Below, piece after piece: positions 40,029 to 49,415 of a stretch of DNA of 64,000 nucleotides (position 1 is the stretch's first letter; every line of letters begins with the position of its first letter). The notes under the pieces are model-generated. The model saw nothing but the letters and a program-made list of their open reading frames with translations, was not told the DNA's origin and ran no database searches. This DNA comes from a virus, in IMG/VR virus record IMGVR_UViG_3300025141_000031; one strand, written 5' to 3'. The position numbers and the translations under genes were made by a program.

Positions 40029-43000
40029 TATCCTTCCTCTCCTGCATTACCTGCTGAAATTGCATATGATGTATTTACTTTTGTCTGACTTGCAATTTCT
40101 TCGATTACTTTATTACCAATAACAATCTGTACTGGTTTATTACTTGGTGCAGCTCCTTTCTGATTTGATGCGATTGCAGTAACTACTTCATCTAGTTTTG
40201 AAAGCATTGCATCTAATTTTTCAGCTGCGGTTGCATCATGTACAGGCTTACCAGCTTCTTCTCCTTCTTCATCTTCTCCACCTAATATACTTCCAAGGCC
40301 ACCTGATAATCCTCCCATCATACCTAAGAATGGATTACTACCTATCATATTTGCAACTACTAGTTTTTTAAATGCTTTTGAACTAAAATCTACTATTTTA
40401 GATTCTGGTGGGTCTGGCATGTTCCCCATACCACCACCAGGACCTATTGCACCATCATCCATTTTAAGTGCTCCAGCTGGTTTAAATACTGCGTCATTTG
40501 CCTTACGACCTTTTGATATTACATCATTTCCATAATTTAAGTTTGTTCCTGCTACGATTGTATCTTTATTATTAAATGATATAGCTCCTTCTGGTCCGTA
40601 TAATACTCTATCACCATAACCACTACCACCAGATTTTCCTGATACTATACCATCACTCATGAATGACATACCAAGTCCAATTACTGCAGCTGCAGCCGCG
40701 GCACCTAATATCCAACCTATCCCTGGTATAGCAGCAGCACTCTTATAAGCGGCCATGGCTGCTCCACCAATTGTTTTTAATAATCCTTTACTTTGAATTG
40801 CTGCAACAGATGTTTCAGAAGCTATTTGCTGTTGTGTCCACATAGCTGTAACAGCTTTAACTGCAGCCTTTCCTTTTTCAATTATCCAACCTTGGCCAGT
40901 TACAAGATTAATCATACCTTCCCAAGCCCATGCAGCTGCTCTTTGAACGTTACTTGCAATCCTTGTTAACAAGTTAGATTTCTCTGTAACTCCAGTGGCT
41001 TGAGCGGTTCCTAAACCTGTCAATCCTAATGCATTACCTAACTTGATTGCAGTATTCTTTAATCCTTCCCATAATACTTTTGCTTTTGCGACTATTAGAT
41101 CTTTTGCATGAACTGCAGAAAGTTTAAGTTGGTACATTAAACCAGTTTTACCTAATGCCACTTCTCTTGTTTTTGCACCTAACATGGCATTTTGTGATAA
41201 TGCTTTTGAGGCCGCGGCTGTATTACTTGCTTTATCAGTTATTAATCCTAATTTTTTTGCTCCTCCGATCAATGTTGCTTGAGTGGCCTCTTTAGTAGCA
41301 AACATAGCTTTTATTTTTGCAATCCCTAGTGCAGCTTTATCACCTGCCCATATTAATGCTTTAATTCCATATATAACTCCAAGTGTTGCTGCAATTGCTT
41401 TTAATACTGGAGATATTTTTTCGAAAACTATTGCAATAGCTTTTACTATCCAGATTACTGGCGTCAGTGCTAACATAAATCCTTTAAATATTCCGCCAAT
41501 GACTTCTAATATTGGAGATAATACATTTGTAAATATACCTGTTATTGCTTGAATTACAGGATATAATGCTTTCATTAATGTATTTTTTATCTTATTAAAT
41601 GTTGCTGACATTTCTTTTGCTGCTAATGCTTGTTCTTGTTGCGCAACTAATTGTTCTCCTGTTAATTCTTGTCCTTCTAATGCTTTAGTCGCTTCATCAT
41701 ATCTTTTCTTTTGTTCTTCAGTAAGGTTATTCATTTGTTCTTGTTTCTTTAATGCAGATTGTAACTGGCCAACTTCCATTCCTGCTGCTTGAGCTAATTT
41801 CTTTCTTTGAAGAACATCCATTTTATTAAATTCATGAATTGAACCTACTTGATTAAGAACTTCTTTTGTAGCTCCTTCTATATCACCTTGTAAAGCTAAT
41901 TGTCTTGCAAGGTCCATGTTTATTGTTTTTCCTAACATTACAGATGCTTCAAATTCAGCTTCAATTGATGATTCTATATCTAATAAACCATCTGCAACAT
42001 CAACCATATCACCTAATTCCATTCCTAACCTTGCTGCTTCTACTGCTGCTTTTGCTAAAGCATTTACATTTCCGCCCATATATTTGGCGGCCTTTTTAGA
42101 ACTTTTTGCGATATCAGCCATTACCTTACCTGGAGCTACTCCAGCTGCTTCTGCAAGATTTGCTGTTAAAGCTTGTGTATTAAATGCTTCTTCAGATGTT
42201 TGTCCCATTGCTTCAAATTGAGCTTGGACTGCGGCTGCATCACCTACTGCAATACCAAATGCTGCAGACATGTTAGCTATATTAAGTGCTGTTTCTTCTG
42301 AGAAGTTAGCTGTACTACCAAATTCGGTTGTTAATGCAGACATTGCTCCAACAATTTCTTCTGTATTTGCTAATGAATTACTACTAGAAGCTTGCATCCC
42401 TCTAGCTGATTGCATCATTTTTTCTGATTCTCTTGCAGATAATCCTGTATTCTTTGATAACTCTTCTGTTTCTTTGGACATTTGCGAGAATAACATAACT
42501 GCACCTACAAGTGCACCTACAACTAATAAAGGTAATAATGCTGATTTTAATGACATTCCAAATATTTTAGTTTGTGCTGTTAATGATCTAAAACTACCTA
42601 TTCCTTGTTCAACTCCTCCTGCTAATCCTTTCTGAATTGATATTTGGATTATCTCTTTCATTTTATCATTGAATACATCTAATCCAAGTGCTCCAGATAA
42701 ATATGATCCACCTGGAAATGAATCTATAGTAGATTTTAAACTTTCAAATGGACCTATTATAGCATCAGTCATTGCATCTCGTTGAGCAATTTGCATGTCT
42801 GTTACCATCTTTTGTTCTTCTAGTACATCAACACCCTTTCTTAAAGCATCTATATTTGCTTGGGCTAATGCAAGTCCTTGTCCAGATAGATTATTCTTTT
42901 CATTAGCAAATGCCAATTCAGCTTCTAATAATGCTTCTTGTGCAGTAACAGTACTCAATGATTCCATCAATCTTGAACCTCTTCCTGCTTCATTTATCAT

Positions 43001-43540
43001 TGATTGCTGAGTCTCAGATGACATTTCTCCCATTACATTATTAATTTGATTGGCAATACTTAATTCACTTTGGTATTTTGCTACGGCCTGTTTGTGTGCA
43101 TCATTACGTTGAGCTCCATATAATGCTTCAGCTTCTTTAAGACTATTTAATTTATCTTGTGCTTGTGATGCTGCTGTAACATTATTTTTTGCAAGATCTT
43201 GAAATCCGGCTATGGCTTGAATTTGTCCTGCTGCAAATTTATTACCTTTAGCAAAGTTTGCTAATGGTTTATCATAACTCTTAAATACTTTTGCAAGCTC
43301 TTTTCCTTTATTAACTACAGCACCGGTTTCTACTCCGACCTTTTTCATACCTCGTTCGGTAATACCTACTTGATTATTTATCTTATCACCAAGTTTGATT
43401 TTTTGTCGTTGTAACGCAATTATCTTTTGTTCATTAGGAGCTGATTTGGCTAGTTCTCTGTTGAGTTGCTCAACAAGATCTAATTCTTGCTGTATCAATG
43501 CATTTAACTGTGATTGTTTTTTTGCTTTATCGTCTGCCAT
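40028..43540 (-). CDS. Tail tape measure protein
   Basis: 1170 aa, Ala/Gly-rich helical with hydrophobic segments; downstream of tube and chaperone. Confidence 0.85.
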   Translation of the reverse strand: MADDKAKKQSQLNALIQQELDLVEQLNRELAKSAPNEQKIIALQRQKIKLGDKINNQVGITERGMKKVGVETGAVVNKGKELAKVFKSYDKPLANFAKGNKFAAGQIQAIAGFQDLAKNNVTAASQAQDKLNSLKEAEALYGAQRNDAHKQAVAKYQSELSIANQINNVMGEMSSETQQSMINEAGRGSRLMESLSTVTAQEALLEAELAFANEKNNLSGQGLALAQANIDALRKGVDVLEEQKMVTDMQIAQRDAMTDAIIGPFESLKSTIDSFPGGSYLSGALGLDVFNDKMKEIIQISIQKGLAGGVEQGIGSFRSLTAQTKIFGMSLKSALLPLLVVGALVGAVMLFSQMSKETEELSKNTGLSARESEKMMQSARGMQASSSNSLANTEEIVGAMSALTTEFGSTANFSEETALNIANMSAAFGIAVGDAAAVQAQFEAMGQTSEEAFNTQALTANLAEAAGVAPGKVMADIAKSSKKAAKYMGGNVNALAKAAVEAARLGMELGDMVDVADGLLDIESSIEAEFEASVMLGKTINMDLARQLALQGDIEGATKEVLNQVGSIHEFNKMDVLQRKKLAQAAGMEVGQLQSALKKQEQMNNLTEEQKKRYDEATKALEGQELTGEQLVAQQEQALAAKEMSATFNKIKNTLMKALYPVIQAITGIFTNVLSPILEVIGGIFKGFMLALTPVIWIVKAIAIVFEKISPVLKAIAATLGVIYGIKALIWAGDKAALGIAKIKAMFATKEATQATLIGGAKKLGLITDKASNTAAASKALSQNAMLGAKTREVALGKTGLMYQLKLSAVHAKDLIVAKAKVLWEGLKNTAIKLGNALGLTGLGTAQATGVTEKSNLLTRIASNVQRAAAWAWEGMINLVTGQGWIIEKGKAAVKAVTAMWTQQQIASETSVAAIQSKGLLKTIGGAAMAAYKSAAAIPGIGWILGAAAAAAVIGLGMSFMSDGIVSGKSGGSGYGDRVLYGPEGAISFNNKDTIVAGTNLNYGNDVISKGRKANDAVFKPAGALKMDDGAIGPGGGMGNMPDPPESKIVDFSSKAFKKLVVANMIGSNPFLGMMGGLSGGLGSILGGEDEEGEEAGKPVHDATAAEKLDAMLSKLDEVVTAIASNQKGAAPSNKPVQIVIGNKVIEEIASQTKVNTSYAISAGNAGEEG

Positions 43541-43553
43541 AATTAATTACCAA

Positions 43554-43856
43554 TTATACGCCTTTGTATCCTAATTTTTTAAGAAAGTCTCTAGTATTTT
43601 TTTCTACTGAACCCATATCTTCTTTAGAAGTAGCACTAATTATTTCATTACCTACTTCTAATTCGCGTTCAAAATCTTCAAGTGATTGATCTAAACGCTT
43701 TAATGCATCACGCATTGCTGGGTCTTTTTGAAGTTTCTTTAATTGTCGTTTTAAACGACCTCCAAGAATCTTCTTCCATATAGGCGAAAATAATCCTTCA
43801 TCAAGTTTATTGATTTGATCTAATTGAGTTTTTTCTAATTTATTTGATTTTGCCAT
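43554..43856 (-). CDS. Hypothetical late protein
   Basis: 100 aa; own class II promoter; LDE-G possible prohead-protease site. Confidence 0.6.
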   Translation of the reverse strand: MAKSNKLEKTQLDQINKLDEGLFSPIWKKILGGRLKRQLKKLQKDPAMRDALKRLDQSLEDFERELEVGNEIISATSKEDMGSVEKNTRDFLKKLGYKGV

Positions 43857-43920
43857 AGTCCTCGTCCATTTATATTATTTATTATAAATATGGGACTATG
43901 TAATTTATACGAAGAGAATC

Positions 43921-44143
43921 TTACCGTCTTCTTCTAGATTGAGCCTTGGCACTTTTGTGAGCTTTTTCATCTGCTTTCTTACGTTCTTTATGAACTCGTT
44001 CAATTGCTTTGATATAAAATACACGTAACCAGATAGGCATTGCATATACGTCAGACCAATTGAACCCACCTTTCCCCCAGTAGATAAGATCAAATATCTG
44101 TTGGTGCAGAATGGGCCTATAGCTAGGCCCCAGGCCAAAAAAA
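43921..44143 (-). CDS. Tail chaperone C-terminal extension (gp51-like), probably reached by frameshift
   Basis: QIFDLIYWGKGGFNWSDVYAMPIWLRVFY in the +1 frame after a U7 run; no credible own start. Confidence 0.7.
44113..44143 (-). promoter_or_regulatory. Putative programmed frameshift cassette
   Basis: AAC TTT TTT TGG (U7 at 44137-44143), 6 nt spacer, then hairpin GGGCCTA-GCTA-TAGGCCC. Confidence 0.7.
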
Positions 44144-45001
44144 GTTGGTGTCAATGGGCAAGTCCATAAAAAACTCTTCTCCCGTAGATGGATCATCAAA
44201 ACACAAATTTAAATCTACATCTGGTTGTAATTCTCTCATGTACGTACGTAACGCTCTTGAATCTAATGCTAATAATTCATTTTGAACGAATTTACGTATT
44301 GTCATTTTATCTTCATCTCCATCGATGGATACAATTGAATATGTTAATCTAGTTGATAATGTTGAATCAACACCTCTTGAAAATTTCTTAGCTGCTTTAA
44401 TTTCAGCTTCAATACTAGGCTCATCACCATGAGTTAAAAATTTGAATTCTACTGTTCTTTTAGCTGCTGGTAATTTAAATGAAAATCTATTTAATCCTTT
44501 TGTAAAGATAGAATAATCAATTTCCTTTTCTTTAAGTTCAGCTAAATCGATAACTTCCTTTATTTTTTCGCCTGAAGGTGTATTAATTTCGCATTGATAA
44601 TCTTTACCATATCCTAATACTCTTGCTGCAATCATAATAGCATTTTTATCACCTAATAGTAATTCATTATACTTAACTTTCTTTCCTTCGCCATTACTTA
44701 TTATCAATGATTGGAATAATTTATCTAAAACAACTCCTTGTTTAATATAAGACTGTGTAGTTAGAATATCTTCTTCTTTAGCGGTCATATACTTCATTTC
44801 TACTTTACCTGATTGTAAAGAACTTCCATCTGGATATAATAATCCTCTTGATGGTAAATCAACTACTTCAGTTGGAAACTGATGTTTCTTTGCTGTTTCG
44901 CCTGTATATGCGTCAATTGCTCTTGCTTTTAATTCTTCTGTTGTTGGTGCTTTTGCAATAGTTTGTTTTCCTGGATATTCTTCATTTACGTTTTTTGCCA
45001 T
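44123..45001 (-). CDS. Tail/baseplate assembly chaperone (T4 gp26-like)
   Basis: VDLPSRG, MTAKEEDIL, ends NFFWPGA; lies between tube and tape measure. Confidence 0.8.
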   Translation of the reverse strand: MAKNVNEEYPGKQTIAKAPTTEELKARAIDAYTGETAKKHQFPTEVVDLPSRGLLYPDGSSLQSGKVEMKYMTAKEEDILTTQSYIKQGVVLDKLFQSLIISNGEGKKVKYNELLLGDKNAIMIAARVLGYGKDYQCEINTPSGEKIKEVIDLAELKEKEIDYSIFTKGLNRFSFKLPAAKRTVEFKFLTHGDEPSIEAEIKAAKKFSRGVDSTLSTRLTYSIVSIDGDEDKMTIRKFVQNELLALDSRALRTYMRELQPDVDLNLCFDDPSTGEEFFMDLPIDTNFFWPGA

Positions 45002-45076
45002 AACTTAACCTCTTCCTTTTGTTTAAGAGAATATAATTCTCAATTAATAACATTTAATATAAATATGCATGAGCCC

Positions 45077-45104
45077 AAAAAAAATCCCACCGTAAGGTAG
45101 GATT
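45077..45104 (-). terminator. Intrinsic terminator after tail tube
   Basis: AATCCTACC-TTAC-GGTGGGATT followed by a U-tract. Confidence 0.85.
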
Positions 45105-45126
45105 CTTTAATGATCTTAAATCTTAA

Positions 45127-45615
45127 TTAGAATTGAAGGATTGCATAATCATATTTAATTGTTAATTCAATATTAACTGCATCTTCCGTTGCCCAATCCA
45201 TATCTCCAAAAGTGGCAGATGAAATAAATGCGCCTTTAATAGTCCATTCTTCAACTTTATCACCTACAGGACCTAAAGTATTAAATACTATATCTTTCTT
45301 ATAGAAATCAGAATAACCATCTCTTCCTGTTACTGATTCGTGATGTAAACGTATCCATTCCATACAAGCTTGAGCTCCTGATGGAACTACTGGATCATAT
45401 AATGTTACTGTTATATCTTGCCATCTAGATTTTCCTTTTAACTTTCTTTCCACATTAATATGGTCTAGAATAAGCTCACCTTGATCAATTGATGGTCTTG
45501 ATGCTGCTTTAACTATATAAGCTGGAATACCTTCTATGTACATTATAAACCTATTTGCTACTTTCGGCTCATATGCGGTATACATTATTTCATTTGGACT
45601 TAGTAAATCTGCCAT
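45127..45615 (-). CDS. Tail tube protein (T4 gp19-like)
   Basis: NRF, WQDITVTLYD, YKKD, EEWTIKGAF, ELTIKYDY; follows sheath. Confidence 0.9.
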   Translation of the reverse strand: MADLLSPNEIMYTAYEPKVANRFIMYIEGIPAYIVKAASRPSIDQGELILDHINVERKLKGKSRWQDITVTLYDPVVPSGAQACMEWIRLHHESVTGRDGYSDFYKKDIVFNTLGPVGDKVEEWTIKGAFISSATFGDMDWATEDAVNIELTIKYDYAILQF

Positions 45616-45672
45616 TTTATTTTCTCCTTGTTATTTAATATAAATATACTATTATTAACTTTTAACTACCTT

Positions 45673-47481
45673 CTATTCCGGAAATGCTGCACCAGTTGGA
45701 AGAATATTAAAGTCAATTATAATAAATTCTGCTGTTCTGGTTGGTTGTAAGAATAACTGACCTACCATTTGGTTTCTATCTATTACATCCGGTGTATTAT
45801 TTGTTTCATCCATTACTACTTTAAATGCATACAAACCTTGTCTTTGTTGTACACTTTCTAAATATGGATTAACAATACTTAAGAATCTATTTCTAGTTTC
45901 TGATGTATTTTGTTCAAACACTAAATATCTAGTTGCTGATGCAATAAATTTCTTAGCTGCAATCATCAATCTTCTAACATTTACTCTATCTAATGCAGAT
46001 GCTTTTTTCTGTAATGTTTTTTGTCCAAATGCTACTACTCCACTATTAGGAAAAGTTGCTAATGGATTAACATTTGCATCATATAAAGAATCTCTATTAC
46101 CATGAGTTAATTTTCTTTCTGGTTGTATTGCTCTATCAATTCCACCTCTATTTAAACCAGCTGGTGCAAACCATTCAGCTGCAACCTTATCATTAAATGC
46201 ATATACACCACCCATTGCAATTGAAGCTGGTACCCAAACATTTTTAGAAGCATAATTATCAGACATTTGAACCCATGGCCAATACATTGCAGCATAATTA
46301 GTATCTCTTGCAGAAGCTTCTGTAGTTGCATCTGTAATTGTTGAACCAAATCCTACTGGATCAATTATTGTAAAACAATCTCCTCTATTTTCACACATCT
46401 CAATTGCTGATGCTGCTACAATTGAATGACCTGTAAATGCTGAAATCACACCTGGTAACATTAATAAATTAATATCATATTCGTCTTGGTTTGCTAACAA
46501 GTTAATTGCATCTTCATATGCTGTTTTACCTTCACCTGCTGTTGTCAAGTCATATCCTTGCATATTTGTTGATTCAATCTGTTCATAAAATTTCTTTGGA
46601 TGTTGTACAGTTCCATCACTACCTCCACTAAATGTTCCTGAAACTGCTAATGGTAATGAACCAGATAAGCCTGCTGCTACTGTTCCTGTACCATCATCTC
46701 TAATAGCACCATTCTCATCTAAATAATTTAAAGTAGTTCTATTAACAATTACTCTAACTTCTTTAGATTTGTTCATATAAGAACCTGATGCTTGGATATA
46801 AGGACTAGTAGTACCAGAACCTCTTAAATTAAGTTTTGCATCTCCAATTCTTTTAGATATGAAGTTTGTTGAATTTGGATCTAATGATAAGTTGTTCCAA
46901 GTCTCAACAATATTTTTTCTTTTAATTGTATCATCACCTTTTCTTAAATATAATGAGAAAGTACCTTTTGAAGTATTAACACTTGCAATTTCCCATCTTA
47001 AGTTATCTTTCGAACCAGATAATAATCTACAATTTGTACTTATTGAAGTAGCAGCAGTCGATCCTGAACCTGCTGTTGATGCGGCAGGTAATCCACTATT
47101 TAATAGTGCTCCATCAGATAAAGTATACATTGTAAAACAAGCATTACCTAAATCTGCTGCTCCTACTTTAGTATCAGCTCCGCTAAATGAACCAGCTAAA
47201 ACTCTAACAACCGTTAAGGTGTCATGATGTCTTAAATATTCTTCTGCTGCTAATGACGTTAAGTATGAATAGTAATCTAAGTTCTCTGCGGAACCACTTT
47301 CGAACACATCTCCGAATAATTGTCTATATTCAGCAAATGATGTTACCATAGTAGGAACCAGACCAGGTCCTTTAACCGTTGGTCCAATTATTGCTGCCCC
47401 TATATTTTGTACTCCTGCAGGAAGAAATGATAAGTCTCTTTCTCTAGTAAATACACCGGGTGATACGATTTTTTCAGCCAT
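45673..47481 (-). CDS. Tail sheath protein (T4 gp18-like)
   Basis: SPGVFTRERDLS, WFAPAG.NRG, GQKTLQ, DRVNVRRL, FEQN, AEFI. Confidence 0.95.
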   Translation of the reverse strand: MAEKIVSPGVFTRERDLSFLPAGVQNIGAAIIGPTVKGPGLVPTMVTSFAEYRQLFGDVFESGSAENLDYYSYLTSLAAEEYLRHHDTLTVVRVLAGSFSGADTKVGAADLGNACFTMYTLSDGALLNSGLPAASTAGSGSTAATSISTNCRLLSGSKDNLRWEIASVNTSKGTFSLYLRKGDDTIKRKNIVETWNNLSLDPNSTNFISKRIGDAKLNLRGSGTTSPYIQASGSYMNKSKEVRVIVNRTTLNYLDENGAIRDDGTGTVAAGLSGSLPLAVSGTFSGGSDGTVQHPKKFYEQIESTNMQGYDLTTAGEGKTAYEDAINLLANQDEYDINLLMLPGVISAFTGHSIVAASAIEMCENRGDCFTIIDPVGFGSTITDATTEASARDTNYAAMYWPWVQMSDNYASKNVWVPASIAMGGVYAFNDKVAAEWFAPAGLNRGGIDRAIQPERKLTHGNRDSLYDANVNPLATFPNSGVVAFGQKTLQKKASALDRVNVRRLMIAAKKFIASATRYLVFEQNTSETRNRFLSIVNPYLESVQQRQGLYAFKVVMDETNNTPDVIDRNQMVGQLFLQPTRTAEFIIIDFNILPTGAAFPE

Positions 47482-47546
47482 TTATAAATCTCCTTAATTA
47501 TTGTTTCTTTATTTTTTAATAAATATACATTTCCGGCTTCAAACCT

Positions 47547-47822
47547 TTAGTTTGATGGTGAAAAAGTCCCGGAATCTAAATCCAATGTTCCTCTGCCGTA
47601 TTTTTCGTTGAATTCTTTAACCAATTCAAGCTCTGTTTTTTGAATATTTGCATATTCCGTATTAAATGTTTTATCTAGTTGATTTAATTTTTCCGTCTTT
47701 TGATCATGTAAAATTTGTTCTAATTTTAACTCTCCAAAGTTGGCAACTAACTTAGACATTCTTTCTCGTAACTCTTGAACTTTATTTAGTTCTTCTTCTG
47801 TAAACTTTTTTGTTTCTGACAT
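47547..47822 (-). CDS. Coiled-coil hypothetical protein
   Basis: 91 aa; EKYG.GTLDL C-terminus; SD and class II promoter. Confidence 0.65.
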   Translation of the reverse strand: MSETKKFTEEELNKVQELRERMSKLVANFGELKLEQILHDQKTEKLNQLDKTFNTEYANIQKTELELVKEFNEKYGRGTLDLDSGTFSPSN

Positions 47823-47883
47823 AACTGTTCTCCTTTTTTTGTTTCCTTATATAAATATGCTTATATTAACTTAAACAACCATC

Positions 47884-48144
47884 CTAAACTATCCATCCTA
47901 AGGAAACTGCTGCTTTAAGTTTAAATACTACAACTATACCTGGCCAAGGTGCTACTGCTAGGCCTCCTCCTGGAGGATGAAATTTTGTATTAACTCGTCC
48001 TGATAATATATACTGTTGTATCGCTGCTGTCATAACAGCTGCCATATCACCTTCTACTTCTGCGTTAGCTGGTCCTGGTTTTCCTGCTTGTCTTCTAAAG
48101 GCCGCGTATATTCCTAGATTTAATGCTGGTGTATTTAATGACAT
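47884..48144 (-). CDS. Stand-alone copy of the shared N-terminal module (putative virion adaptor)
   Basis: 86 aa; paralogous to the N-termini of the two neighbouring genes. Confidence 0.6.
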   Translation of the reverse strand: MSLNTPALNLGIYAAFRRQAGKPGPANAEVEGDMAAVMTAAIQQYILSGRVNTKFHPPGGGLAVAPWPGIVVVFKLKAAVSLGWIV

Positions 48145-48186
48145 ATTTGTTCCTTTTTAATTTTATGTTTGTTTTTCATTTTCTAT

Positions 48187-49404
48187 TTATGCGCCAGCTA
48201 AGGTTATTTTTCCATCAGATCCGGCTATGAACTGTTTAGAGTCTCTATTAGTATGCTTAATTGCTCTTTTTGTAGCAGATGAAGTCATACCTTTCCCCCA
48301 ACCTGCATTGGCTCTTGCTGTCACCAAATTAGCAGTGGCTTGATCAGGAAATTGTGGATTTGAGCCTTTATATTCAGGATAAGGGTGACTTCTGGATTTC
48401 CACCTATTTTGAAGAAATGCTACAGCTGCTGGAGCTGCTACTGCTGGATCATTTAATAAATCAGGATCAGATAATATATCAACTCCTATTATTTTCGCAT
48501 ACTTTTCATAAGAATCTCGGAAAGTTATTTGATTAAACCCACGTCCACGGTAGTCGTATCCATCAGATGTACCTTTCCGATTTCCATATTTACCAGCATA
48601 TACAAGGTTAGCTAATTTTTTATCATCTCCAGAATATTCTTCAGCTAATGCGTTATAATTAAACTTGCCTTGTCCTTTTGGTACAGTGTTTCCTGTTTTG
48701 GAAAATCTACCCCAAACTTCTGCTAATCTACCTTTGGAATAAAACATTTTTTCACTCTTCGGACATAGACTAGACTCTTTTGAGATCACTGCGAGTATTG
48801 CTATCCTTGCATATGTATTCGTAATACCAAATTTTTCCATTGCATTTTCAAGATGAACTATATTATCTGGAACAACACAAGGTCCTGTTTTATTCAAATA
48901 TTTAGATTTTGAAACTTTATTTAAATCTGATTTAGTTACATCATCTGAAGTATCTCCGGAAGTTGTTCCTGTTGTTGTATGTACAGGCCCTGTTGTACTA
49001 CTTTGTCCTGGTCCACTCTTATTATGTCTAGTACTACCACTACCTCCGCCTCCGCCTCCGCCACTTGATGGAGGTGGTGGATTTGTACCTACTGGTGGAG
49101 TAATAGTTATAGCTCCTGATGATACTGGTGATGTAGAACCATCTGTTTCGAAAGATGCAACTCCAATTCCTATAGGGATATAAAATGTTGCTCTAATTCC
49201 TGGCCATGGAAAAGCTGCCATACCTGAAGCTATTCCGCCCCATCCTAAAATAATCCATGCACCCTCTAAATATTCTCGTATTGCATTTGAAATATCTGAT
49301 GCCAGTTCAGCTGAAACTCCTCCTTTATATGGACCTGGTTTTGCAGCCTGTTTCAAAAATGCTGTATGTATACGAGCTCGTAATAGTATTTTATTTAATG
49401 CCAT
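48187..49404 (-). CDS. Adaptor module + Pro/Gly linker + GH19-family peptidoglycan hydrolase
   Basis: ISKESS..SE, LANLVY, DGYDYRGRGFNQIT..DSY, PDLL GH19 motifs. Confidence 0.8.
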   Translation of the reverse strand: MALNKILLRARIHTAFLKQAAKPGPYKGGVSAELASDISNAIREYLEGAWIILGWGGIASGMAAFPWPGIRATFYIPIGIGVASFETDGSTSPVSSGAITITPPVGTNPPPPSSGGGGGGGSGSTRHNKSGPGQSSTTGPVHTTTGTTSGDTSDDVTKSDLNKVSKSKYLNKTGPCVVPDNIVHLENAMEKFGITNTYARIAILAVISKESSLCPKSEKMFYSKGRLAEVWGRFSKTGNTVPKGQGKFNYNALAEEYSGDDKKLANLVYAGKYGNRKGTSDGYDYRGRGFNQITFRDSYEKYAKIIGVDILSDPDLLNDPAVAAPAAVAFLQNRWKSRSHPYPEYKGSNPQFPDQATANLVTARANAGWGKGMTSSATKRAIKHTNRDSKQFIAGSDGKITLAGA

Positions 49405-49415
49405 GATTATTTAAT

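Noticed and set aside
43905-44138. Open -1 frame after the U7 run as the frameshift product
   Set aside because: The recognisable gp51-like motif is in the +1 frame, and C UUU UUU is an imperfect -1 heptamer. Not fully excluded without a reporter test.
46152-46349. 65 aa - strand ORF inside the sheath gene
   Set aside because: Out-of-frame overlap within a conserved gene, with no RBS or recognisable motif.
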